Shown: in pieces, positions 53,881-61,873 of the stretch | Layout: every line of letters begins with the position of its first letter | Numbering within the stretch: the stretch's first letter is position 1 | NCBI GenBank assembly: GCA_036274735.1 | Contig: DASUFD010000053.1 | Location: forward strand, 19,587-83,586 | DNA: 64,000 bases | Origin: Burkholderiales bacterium | Lineage (GTDB): Bacteria > Pseudomonadota > Gammaproteobacteria > Burkholderiales > SG8-39 | Direction of reading: 5' to 3' | The notes under the pieces: model-generated | Told to the model about the DNA's origin: nothing | The model's input: the letters and a program-made list of their open reading frames with translations, nothing else | Database searches by the model: none | Position numbers and translations under genes: made by a program

Positions 53881-56862
53881 TTAATGGAAATCCCGGGAAG
53901 CCGCTGCGAGCGGCCCGAGCCAGGCGCTGTGGTCGACCAGGCGGCGCGCGACGAGATGCACGACGTCGGCGTCGCGCTCCACGATGCCGTGCACGCCGAG
54001 CAGCCGTGCACCGAGCAGCTCGTCCCGCTGGCGCTCGGCGAGCCGCGCCCAGACGACGATGTTGGCGCACCCGGTTTCGTCCTCGAGCGTGACGAAAATC
54101 ACGCCGCTTGCCGTATCGGGACGCTGCCGGCAGGTCACGAGGCCGGCGACGCTCGCCCGCGCGCCGTGCGGCAGCCGTCGCAGCTCCTCCGCGGTGAGTA
54201 GACCGCGCTTGCCGAAACGCTCTCGCAGCAAGGCGAGCGGATGGCGACCGAGCGTCAGGCCGAGGCTCGTGTAGTCGTCGGCGACGTCGTCACGTTCGCG
54301 CGGCGCGGCGAGCGAAGGTTGCGGCTCCGAGCCGAACGTCTCGAGCGGGGCCTGAACGGCGGCGCCGGCCGCGCTCCAGTGGGCGAGGCGCCGGTTCCCG
54401 GCCAGCGAGCCGAGCGCGGCGGCAGCCAGCGCTCGCAGGTCCTTGCGATTGAGCTGCGCACGTCGGGCGAGAGCCTCGACGTCTTCGTAGGGGCGGCGCG
54501 CGGCGATGCGCCTACCCGACGCCTCGGCGAGCCCGCGCACCATGCGCAAGCCGAGTCGAAGCGCCTTCTCCTCGAGCGTGCAGTCCCAGTCGCTCGCATT
54601 CACGTCCGGCGGGCGTACCTCCACGCCATGCCGGCGCGCGTCCTGCACGAGCTGCGCCGGGGCGTAGAAGCCCATGGGCTGGCTGTTGAGCAGGGCAGCG
54701 CAGAACGCCGCCGGATGGTGGCACTTGAGCCACGAAGAGACATACACGAGTAGCGCGAAGCTCGCCGAGTGGGACTCGGGAAAGCCGTACTCGCCGAAGC
54801 CGAGGATCTGCCGGTAGATGCCGTCGGCGAACTCGGCGCTGTAGCCGTTCACGCGCATGCCGCGCTTCAGCTTCTCCTCGAAGTGCTCGAGGCCGCCGCG
54901 CTTCTTCCATGCCGCCATCGACCGGCGCAGGGCATCGGCCTCGCCGGCCGAGAAGCCGGCCGCCACCATGGCGAGCTGCATGACCTGCTCCTGGAAGATC
55001 GGCACGCCGAGCGTGCGCTCGAGCACCTGCCGGACCGCGTCGCTCGGATACTCGACCGGCTCGGCCTCGCGTCGTCGGCGCAGATAGGGATGAACCATGC
55101 CACCCTGGATCGGACCCGGGCGCACGATCGCCACCTCGATGACCAGATCGTAATAGCTCGCGGGGCGCAGGCGCGGCAGCATGCTCATCTGCGCACGCGA
55201 TTCGATCTGGAAAACGCCCATGGTATCGGCTTTCTGGATCATGGCGTAAACCGCCGGATCCTCGGCCGGCACCTCGTGCATCTGCATTCCCAGCATCTGC
55301 AACGCTTTGCGAATTGCCGTGAGCATGCCGAGTGCCAGGACGTCCACCTTGAGGAGTCCGAGCGCCTCGAGATCGTCCTTGTCCCACTGGATCACCGTGC
55401 GCTCCGGCATCGCCGCGTTCTCGATCGGCACGAGCTCGCAGAGCGGCCCGCGCGAGATAACGAACCCGCCGGTATGCTGGGAGAGGTGGCGCGGAAAGCC
55501 GCGCAGCAGCTGCGCCAGCTCAAACCACGTCGCGGTTTCGGGCAGAGGGCCGTCCCAGAATGCGAAGCCCTTCGCCGTGCGCTCCACCTCATCGGGCGGC
55601 ACGCCGAGCGCCTTGCCCACGTCGCGCAACGCGCTCTTCGGCCGGTAGCAGATTACCGTCGCGGCAAGCGCCGCGCGACTACGGCCGTACTTGCCGTAGA
55701 TGTACTGGATCACTTCCTCCCGCCGCTCGTGCTCGAAATCGACATCGATATCCGGCGGCTCGTTGCGCTCGCGCGAAAGGAAGCGCTCGAAAAGCACGCT
55801 CATGCGCGCCGGATCCACCTCGGTAATGCCGAGGGCGTAGCAGACGACGGAGTTCGCCGCCGACCCCCTCCCCTGGCAGAGGATTCTCCGGCTGCGCGCA
55901 TAAGCGACTACGTCGTGCACAGTGAGAAAGAAGGGCTCGTAGCCGAGCTCGGCGATGAGCGCGAGCTCATGCTCGGCGGTCTCCCGCACCTTGTCCGGCA
56001 CTGCATTGGAAAAGCGCCGCGCGAGGCCCTCGGCGACCAGCCGGCGCAGCCAGGTGGCCGGCGTTTCGCCCGACGGCACGATCTCCTGCGGATACTCGTA
56101 GCGCAGCTCGTCGAGAGAGAACCGACAGCGCTCGGCGACGGCCAGCGTTTCGGCGAGCAGCTCCGCAGGATAGAGCTGAGCGAGACGCACGCGCAGCCGC
56201 AGGCTCCTCTCGGCGTTGGGAAAAAGCGCCTGGCCGCATTCGGCGACCGGACGCTTCAGGCGGATGGCAGTGAGGACATCCTGCACGCGGCGCCGCGAGC
56301 GCACGTGCATGTGCACATCGCCGGCGGCGACGAGCGGCAAGCCGTATTCTCGGCCCAGCGCCCGCAGCCGGGCGAGACGCATGCGGTCGTTTGGCCCGCA
56401 ATGCAGCTCGGCGGCGATCCAGGAGCGGCCGGCGAAATGCTCGGCGACCCAGCCGGCGGCGGGAAAGTCTTCGCCCGGGACCCAGAGCAGTAGGGCGCCG
56501 CTCCCCGACACTGCCGCGATATCCTCGCGTCGAGCGGCATATCGCCCTTTCCGGCTGCGCCGGCGCGCCTCGCTGATCATGGCGCTCAGAGCGCCATACG
56601 AGCGCCGGTCCGTGGCGAGGAGCACGAGCTTGAGGCCGTCTTCCAGCGTGACTTCGCTGCCGAGAATCAGCGGCAGGCCGAGCTCCTTCGCGGCCAGATG
56701 CGCGCGTACGGCGCCGGCGAACGAGCATTCGTCGGTCAGTGCGAGCGCTCGGTAGCCGAGCGCGCGGGCACGCGCCACGAGCTCTTCTGGATGGGAGGCA
56801 CCGCGCAGGAAGCTGAAGTTGGACAGGCAGTGCAGCTCGGCGTAATCAGGCAAACCAGCCAT
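53881..56862 (-). CDS. dnaE2: error-prone DNA polymerase DnaE2 (ImuC)
   Basis: ORF 993 aa. PHP N-terminus '[23 protein letters not shown]'. Pol III alpha core '[18 protein letters not shown]' and '[14 protein letters not shown]'. Follows imuA-imuB. Confidence 0.9.
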   Translation of the reverse strand: MAGLPDYAELHCLSNFSFLRGASHPEELVARARALGYRALALTDECSFAGAVRAHLAAKELGLPLILGSEVTLEDGLKLVLLATDRRSYGALSAMISEARRRSRKGRYAARREDIAAVSGSGALLLWVPGEDFPAAGWVAEHFAGRSWIAAELHCGPNDRMRLARLRALGREYGLPLVAAGDVHMHVRSRRRVQDVLTAIRLKRPVAECGQALFPNAERSLRLRVRLAQLYPAELLAETLAVAERCRFSLDELRYEYPQEIVPSGETPATWLRRLVAEGLARRFSNAVPDKVRETAEHELALIAELGYEPFFLTVHDVVAYARSRRILCQGRGSAANSVVCYALGITEVDPARMSVLFERFLSRERNEPPDIDVDFEHERREEVIQYIYGKYGRSRAALAATVICYRPKSALRDVGKALGVPPDEVERTAKGFAFWDGPLPETATWFELAQLLRGFPRHLSQHTGGFVISRGPLCELVPIENAAMPERTVIQWDKDDLEALGLLKVDVLALGMLTAIRKALQMLGMQMHEVPAEDPAVYAMIQKADTMGVFQIESRAQMSMLPRLRPASYYDLVIEVAIVRPGPIQGGMVHPYLRRRREAEPVEYPSDAVRQVLERTLGVPIFQEQVMQLAMVAAGFSAGEADALRRSMAAWKKRGGLEHFEEKLKRGMRVNGYSAEFADGIYRQILGFGEYGFPESHSASFALLVYVSSWLKCHHPAAFCAALLNSQPMGFYAPAQLVQDARRHGVEVRPPDVNASDWDCTLEEKALRLGLRMVRGLAEASGRRIAARRPYEDVEALARRAQLNRKDLRALAAAALGSLAGNRRLAHWSAAGAAVQAPLETFGSEPQPSLAAPRERDDVADDYTSLGLTLGRHPLALLRERFGKRGLLTAEELRRLPHGARASVAGLVTCRQRPDTASGVIFVTLEDETGCANIVVWARLAERQRDELLGARLLGVHGIVERDADVVHLVARRLVDHSAWLGPLAAASRDFH

Positions 56863-58018
56863 GTAGGTACCAATCGTCTTCTTCTCGATAGATCCACCCG
56901 AGCGCGCCCTGGAGGCGTGCGACGAAGTAGTCGCGGCGCGCCTCGTCTCCGTCCCACCAGCCGCACTCGATGCGCTCGGGCCCGGCTACCAGCTCGAAGC
57001 GGCCCGGCTCGAGACGGCGCGGCGGCTGGACGAGCCATGCCGGACGCGATCCCGGGGAGCGGAACTCGCGTGCATCCCAATCCCCGGGATCGATACGTCG
57101 CCACGCGTGCTCGGGGCGATGGTCCGGAATCGTCGTCACGCCATAGACGGCGTCTCGGCCAAGGCGCGCCTGGAGCCGCTCGAGGAGCTGCGCCCAGTCC
57201 TCGCTCTCGCCTGCGGCGTCGCCGAATAGCCCCCGGCTGCCTCCGGGAGCCGCCGCGAAGTCGGCGGCCTGAAGGCGAATCGCGTGGACCGGCTCGCGCA
57301 GATCGAGCATCGCCAGCCGCTCGCGAAGCAGGCGCACGAAACGCGCCGTTTCCCGTGATGGCGAGGCGAGATTCACGGGAACCGTTGTACCCGAGCCCCG
57401 GGCATCGATCAGACGCAGCGTGAACGTGCGTATTCCGGCATGGCGGGCGGCGAGCAGGCCTTCGAGCTGCAGAAGCAGCCGGCGTGCGGCGAAGAGGAGC
57501 GCCTCGGTTTGTATCACTTCCGCGGAGAGCTCGAGCTGCACGTCGAAGCGATCGGGAAGCGCGAAAAACTCGCGCGCCTCTTCTCGCAGGCCGCGCGCGC
57601 CGTCGAGCTCGTCCAGCACGCGCTTCGGGCAACGTCGGGCGAGGCCGGCGCGGGGCAGCTGCGCCAGATCGCCGAGCGTCGCGATGCCGATCGTGCGGAA
57701 GAAATCCAGTTCCCAACGGGTGACTTCCAGCGGCAGCGCGTCGAGGACAGCGCCGCTGCCGCGGGCGAGCCACAGCGCTGCGCGCGGCGTACCTGCCGTG
57801 GCGAGCGAAGCCTCGAGCCCGAGATCGGCGAGCCCGGCTCGCAGGGCTTCCAGCAGCGCCGGGAGGCCGCCGAAGTAGCGCAGGCTGCCGCCGACTTCGG
57901 CAAGCAGCGCATCGGGGCGCTCGAGAGAAACCCTAGGCGTGAACTGGCAAGCCCAGGCAGCGATCGCTTCGATCGTGGCGGGCGCGAGCTGGCGGAAGTG
58001 CAGGCCGACCCAGAGCAT
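56846..58018 (-). CDS. imuB: ImuB (Y-family polymerase-like, non-catalytic) protein, short form
   Basis: 390 aa from ATG 58018 ('[11 protein letters not shown]...'). '[20 protein letters not shown]' is an HhH-like segment. Position between imuA and dnaE2, with a 17-nt overlap with dnaE2. The upstream part of ORF 56846..58426 is non-protein-like. Confidence 0.75.
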   Translation of the reverse strand: MLWVGLHFRQLAPATIEAIAAWACQFTPRVSLERPDALLAEVGGSLRYFGGLPALLEALRAGLADLGLEASLATAGTPRAALWLARGSGAVLDALPLEVTRWELDFFRTIGIATLGDLAQLPRAGLARRCPKRVLDELDGARGLREEAREFFALPDRFDVQLELSAEVIQTEALLFAARRLLLQLEGLLAARHAGIRTFTLRLIDARGSGTTVPVNLASPSRETARFVRLLRERLAMLDLREPVHAIRLQAADFAAAPGGSRGLFGDAAGESEDWAQLLERLQARLGRDAVYGVTTIPDHRPEHAWRRIDPGDWDAREFRSPGSRPAWLVQPPRRLEPGRFELVAGPERIECGWWDGDEARRDYFVARLQGALGWIYREEDDWYLHGWFA

Positions 58019-58634
58019 GACGAGGTGAAGAAAGCGCGAGCCGCAGCACGGCGCCGGCGGAAGCGCCGCGGCGCTTGAGCAGCCGCACGACGAGCTCCGC
58101 CTCGCCGGGGTGTACCTCGAGCCGAAGCGCCGCCGGCGAACACTGACGCGCCGTTGCTGTCGGACGATAAAGGAAAGCGAGCGCGCGGCCCGCCTCGGCG
58201 GCAAGCGCAAGTCGCTGCAGCTCGATATAGCGCAGGCGTGGCAGCCAGGCGACCAGAGCGGCAATGACTCCGCTGCGCAGCACCTGCTCCGCGGCCCAAA
58301 GCGCATCCCGGGGCCGCTGCGGTTGCAGCACAACGAGCTGTGCGAGATCAACACCACCGGCAGCGAGCGCCGGCGCATAGGGAACGTGCGGCGGGGCGAG
58401 CCAAACGATGCGCTTGCCCGACGCACTGAGGGCGGCCAGGGCCCGTAGCACGAGCTCGAGCTCGCCGATGCCTTGGGCCTCGCCGAAGATCTCGGTCAGA
58501 TCGCCGGTCGGCCAGCCTTGGCCTGGAAGCGCGGCGTCGAGGTCCGGGAAGCCGGTGGCGATTCCCGGTAGCCAGTGCGCGATGCGCGATGCGCGCCACA
58601 CCGGCTGGGATTGCAGGATCTCTTCCACCGTCAT
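57933..58634 (-). CDS. imuA: ImuA (RecA/SulA-like SOS mutagenesis protein)
   Basis: ORF 233 aa. 'IATGFPDLDAALPGQGWPTGDLTEI', 'GIGELELVLRAL', 'RIVWLAPPH', 'LLKRRG'. First gene after a canonical SOS box. Confidence 0.75.
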   Translation of the reverse strand: MTVEEILQSQPVWRASRIAHWLPGIATGFPDLDAALPGQGWPTGDLTEIFGEAQGIGELELVLRALAALSASGKRIVWLAPPHVPYAPALAAGGVDLAQLVVLQPQRPRDALWAAEQVLRSGVIAALVAWLPRLRYIELQRLALAAEAGRALAFLYRPTATARQCSPAALRLEVHPGEAELVVRLLKRRGASAGAVLRLALSSPRHALGRPALPPARARHDRSDRCLGLPVHA

Positions 58635-58635
58635 G

Positions 58636-58651
58636 CTGTTATTATATACAG
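58636..58651 (-). promoter_or_regulatory. LexA operator (canonical SOS box) overlapping -10 hexamer of imuA
   Basis: CTGT-TATTATAT-ACAG, a perfect CTGT-N8-ACAG. On the minus strand TATAAT (58641-58646) is followed by 6 nt and then the imuA ATG. Confidence 0.85.
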
Positions 58652-58689
58652 TATCGGCGGACAGCGCTGTCGAGCTGCAGGTCGCGCGC

Positions 58690-59577
58690 TTACTCGCAGA
58701 AGAATTCGATCAGCTCGTTCGCCCTGGCGCGCGGCTGGCCGAACGCTATCCAGCCATGGCCTCGCAAAGTGAACTCCTCACGCCGCAGCACGATCTCCTT
58801 GTCGCCATCGATAGTAACGAACGTGCCGTTTGCGCTGTGATCCGTCAGGACGAACTTGTCCAGCCGGCGTTCGATCTTGCCATGCGCACGCGAGGCCATC
58901 CGTTCCCGGATGACAAGATCGGCAGACGGGTCGCGGCCCAGGGCAACGAACGGGCGTTGCGCCGAAAGCACGTACTCGTTGCCCTGCACGACGAGCCGAA
59001 GCTTGGAGTCCTTCGGCTTGTACGCCGACCTGTCCGATGCGAGGGTCGTCATGTCCTCGCTCTCCTGCCAAACCAGTTCGTAGACCGGGATTTCCTGCAC
59101 CCTGCCCTTCACCTCCATCGTCGTGATGGCGCGCGTCGCTGCCCTCAGCATCGGCGACATGAGCATCACGGTATCGCGCGCGGTGATGATCTGTCCCTTC
59201 GTCGCCACGCGCGCAAGGCGCGCCGCCACGTTGACGGCGTCGCCGAAGAGGTCGCCGTCGCGCTCGACGACGGGACCGAGGTTGAAGCCGATGCGGATGC
59301 CGATGCGCGTGTTGCCCACGGGCGTTAGCTCGGCAATCGCCCGTTGCATTTCGATCGCTGCAGCGGCCGCCGCATCCGCCGTCGCGAAGGTTGCCATGAC
59401 TTCGTCGCCGAGGGTCTTGACGACGCGGCCGTTCGCCGCGAGCGTCTTTTCGCGCATCAGGTTTACGCACTTTTCTATCGCGGCGTGCGCGACGGCGTCT
59501 CCGACGAGTTCGTAGAGCTTGGTGCTGCCGCTGACATCGGCAAAAAGAACCGCGGCTTCGCTCAAGTCCTCAGCCAT
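58690..59577 (-). CDS. class III adenylate cyclase with C-terminal FHA domain
   Basis: Cyclase motifs 'VLFADVSGST', 'KTLGDEVMATF', 'GDLFGDAVNVAARL' (Lys/Asp specificity pair suggests ATP). FHA motifs 'ALGRDPSADLVI', 'SRAHGKI', 'SANGTFV'. Start ATG 59577 preferred; ATG 59607 or TTG 59622 possible. Confidence 0.8.
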   Translation of the reverse strand: MAEDLSEAAVLFADVSGSTKLYELVGDAVAHAAIEKCVNLMREKTLAANGRVVKTLGDEVMATFATADAAAAAAIEMQRAIAELTPVGNTRIGIRIGFNLGPVVERDGDLFGDAVNVAARLARVATKGQIITARDTVMLMSPMLRAATRAITTMEVKGRVQEIPVYELVWQESEDMTTLASDRSAYKPKDSKLRLVVQGNEYVLSAQRPFVALGRDPSADLVIRERMASRAHGKIERRLDKFVLTDHSANGTFVTIDGDKEIVLRREEFTLRGHGWIAFGQPRARANELIEFFCE

Positions 59578-59620
59578 GTAGACCCGCCCGCTATGGCGCG
59601 CGGCCATTGTACGCAGCAGC

Positions 59621-59650
59621 AAAAAAAAGCGGGGCGCCGAAGCGCCCCGC
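59621..59650 (-). terminator. rho-independent terminator downstream of the ligD-ku-HTH/TPR-nuclease unit
   Basis: Minus strand reads GCGGGGCGC-TTCG-GCGCCCCGC (9-bp stem) followed by T8. Confidence 0.75.
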
Positions 59651-59675
59651 GCCCCTCCCCTCCTCTTCGGTTCTG

Positions 59676-59698
59676 TTGCAGCGCTCGCTTGCAGCGCT
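59676..59698. repeat. direct repeat TTGCAGCGCT x2 (3-nt spacer)
   Basis: Copies at 59676-59685 and 59689-59698. Each contains the palindrome AGCGCT. Confidence 0.7.
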
Positions 59699-59749
59699 TT
59701 TTACTGCGGCTCGAATGTTGGAGCCCGCGAACTGACGATATTTGACAAG

Positions 59750-60136
59750 CTAATGCTTCGGCTTCTGCGTACGCGAAGAGCGCACAGTCACGCGATGGCG
59801 ATCACCGATCCATTGTGCTCCGCGCCCGGCACGCGGGCCAATGTCGCTCTGTTCGATGCGCCGTCCGTTGATGTATACCTCGGCGAGGAGCCGGCCGTAG
59901 CGATCGGCTCCGAGAGGACGAAGCGTCACCTCGCCGGAGGAAATGAGCGCGCGAAGCCGCTGCTTGGCCGCCGGCCCGTCCGCTTGATCGAGCTCCGCTG
60001 CATACACGTTCGTCAATCGCACCTTCTGTCGGTTGCACACCAGCGTGTCGCCATCGATGGCAATGCATCGTTCGCCGCAATGGACGGACGAGGCCGTGGC
60101 TGCGAGGGCGAGCGCGAGAAGGACTCGCCGGCTCAC
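59750..60136 (-). CDS. thermonuclease (staphylococcal nuclease-like) family protein, secreted
   Basis: ORF 128 aa. Signal peptide 'MSRRVLLALALAATASS'. SNase-like 'AIDGDTL', 'VRLTNVYAAE', 'DRYGRLLAEVYING'. 4-nt overlap with the upstream gene. Confidence 0.65.
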   Translation of the reverse strand: MSRRVLLALALAATASSVHCGERCIAIDGDTLVCNRQKVRLTNVYAAELDQADGPAAKQRLRALISSGEVTLRPLGADRYGRLLAEVYINGRRIEQSDIGPRAGRGAQWIGDRHRVTVRSSRTQKPKH

Positions 60137-60951
60137 TTGCCCGATTGCAGCAGGCGCCGGTACTGCGCCATGTAGCGAATGGCTTCGCGCGGTTTGCGAA
60201 GCGCTTCGGAGAGGAGCGCCAGGTTGTAGCAGCAGTCGGCGAAACGGGGATTGAGGCGCAACGCCGCTTCGTAGGCGTTGAAGGCTTCCTCCCGTCGCCC
60301 CAAGTCCTCTAGGACCAGGCCCAAGTTATAGAGTAGCCGCGCATCGTCGCCGGAGATGCGTAGCGCGCCGCGATAGGCCTGCTCCGCATCGGTCAGCCGC
60401 CCGAGCTGGTGTAGCAGCCGGCCCAAGTTGATCCCGGCCTCCGGCATTCCGGGCTCGAGGGCGAGCGCGTGCTCGTACGCCGCGAGCGCCGCCTCCGCAT
60501 CCGCGGCCTCGAGCGCCGCGCCCCGGTCGAACCAGTCGGCCGCCGAGGAGAGCTGTTCGCGGCGGCGCGTCTCCATTACGCGGAGAGAACCGTCGGCGGG
60601 ATTGCCGTGGAAGCGCAGCAGGTACTGCCCGGATTCGGCGTGCCATCGTGCCGTGCCCTCGCCCACCACCAGGTGATCGCCTTCGGCGCTGATGTTGAGG
60701 CCGGAGAGCGGCATGGCAGACGGCAGGCGCCGTCGCAGCTCCCTGATGGAGCGCATCACGCGCCGCGGCGAAACGTTGGCAGCGACGAGCGACTGCGCGG
60801 TACGAAGGACGATCAGGTCACGGAAGGAAAAACGCCAAGCGTTGCGCGGCCCGCGCGAGGGAGAGACGAAGCCGGCACGGATGAGCCGCCTGATCGTACC
60901 CGGGGCAAGTCGCAGAAGCTTGGCGGCCTCGCGCAGGCCGTAGTCCACCAC
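60133..60951 (-). CDS. excisionase/MerR-type HTH domain + TPR repeat protein
   Basis: 272 aa from GTG 60951 (1 nt after the ku stop) inside ORF 60133..61161. HTH 'GLREAAKLLRLAPGTIRRLIRAGFV'. C-terminal TPR repeats 'AEQAYRGALRISGDDARLLYNLGLVLEDLGRREEAFNAYEAALRLNP'. Confidence 0.65.
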   Translation of the reverse strand: MVDYGLREAAKLLRLAPGTIRRLIRAGFVSPSRGPRNAWRFSFRDLIVLRTAQSLVAANVSPRRVMRSIRELRRRLPSAMPLSGLNISAEGDHLVVGEGTARWHAESGQYLLRFHGNPADGSLRVMETRRREQLSSAADWFDRGAALEAADAEAALAAYEHALALEPGMPEAGINLGRLLHQLGRLTDAEQAYRGALRISGDDARLLYNLGLVLEDLGRREEAFNAYEAALRLNPRFADCCYNLALLSEALRKPREAIRYMAQYRRLLQSGK

Positions 60952-60952
60952 C

Positions 60953-61813
60953 TTATTTCTTGGCCGCCCTGCGCGCCGTGGTCTTCGCCGCGGCAGCCTC
61001 CGTCCCTTTGGGCGCTTGCGCTCGCTTGGCCGGCTTCTTTTCCAGGCTGGCGCGCAGCGCTTCCATGAGATCGATAACCTCGCCGCCCGCCGAGGGCGCC
61101 TCGGCACCCGTGATCTCCTGGCCTTCGATCTTCTTCTGCACCGCCGCTTCGATTCGCGCACGTACGTCGTCGCTGTACTGGGTGGGGTCGAACTTGTCCG
61201 CCGACTGTTGCTCGATCAGCTGCTGCGCGAGCTTGAGCTCGGCCGGCTTGACGTCCATGTTCGGAATCTCGATGTCGCGCAGCGAGCGCACTTCGCCGGC
61301 GTACAGAAGCTGCTGCATTACCAGACCTTCCACGAGGTCCTCGACGGGACGAATCATCACGATGTACTGCTTGCCGCGCGCCGCCCACCGGCCGATCGCG
61401 CAGCGGCCCGACTCGCGCAACGCTCGCGCGAGGAGCGCATATGGCTTCGCCCCGCCCTTGTCCGGACCGAGGTAGTAGGCCTTGTCGAAGTACACTGGAT
61501 CGACCGCCTTCAGCGGCACGAACTCGGTGATCTCTGCCGCGTGCGTGCCCGTTTCCTCCATGGCCTTCAGCTCTTCCGGAGTGAACATCACGTACTGGTC
61601 CTTGGCGAATTCGTAGCCCTTGACCATGTCTTCGCGCGGCACGACGACTTCTTCCTTGACGCAGACGTACTGCTGCTTCAACCGCGAGCCGCATGCCTTG
61701 TGCAGCAGATTGAAGGAAATGGCGCGGCTCGCCTCGGTTGCCGAATACAGCTTTACCGGGATGGAAACCAGCCCGAAGGACACAGTCAGCGAAGCGATCG
61801 ATCGCGCAGCCAT
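60953..61813 (-). CDS. ku: Ku protein (NHEJ DNA end-binding)
   Basis: ORF 286 aa. 'SLTVSFGLVSIPVKLYSAT', 'VKGYEFAKDQYV', basic Lys/Ala-rich C-terminal tail. GGGAGG SD upstream. Confidence 0.9.
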   Translation of the reverse strand: MAARSIASLTVSFGLVSIPVKLYSATEASRAISFNLLHKACGSRLKQQYVCVKEEVVVPREDMVKGYEFAKDQYVMFTPEELKAMEETGTHAAEITEFVPLKAVDPVYFDKAYYLGPDKGGAKPYALLARALRESGRCAIGRWAARGKQYIVMIRPVEDLVEGLVMQQLLYAGEVRSLRDIEIPNMDVKPAELKLAQQLIEQQSADKFDPTQYSDDVRARIEAAVQKKIEGQEITGAEAPSAGGEVIDLMEALRASLEKKPAKRAQAPKGTEAAAAKTTARRAAKK

Positions 61814-61873
61814 TCAAACCTCCCGAAATGGGCGAACATACGCGGGGAACGGATTGTAGTACAAAGGGATTTC

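Noticed and set aside
56736-57773. 345-aa and other Arg/Pro-rich ORFs (both strands) inside imuB/dnaE2/imuA
   Set aside because: These are alternative-frame or antisense artefacts with extreme Arg/Ala/Pro content and no motifs. The imuA/imuB/dnaE2 frames explain the region.
58660-58671. 12-bp perfect palindrome GACAGCGCTGTC as a second LexA box or as the cyclase terminator
   Set aside because: The half-sites are in the wrong orientation and spacing for CTGT-N8-ACAG. As a hairpin it has no loop and no T-tract. It is kept only as a side note in the leader-repeat finding.
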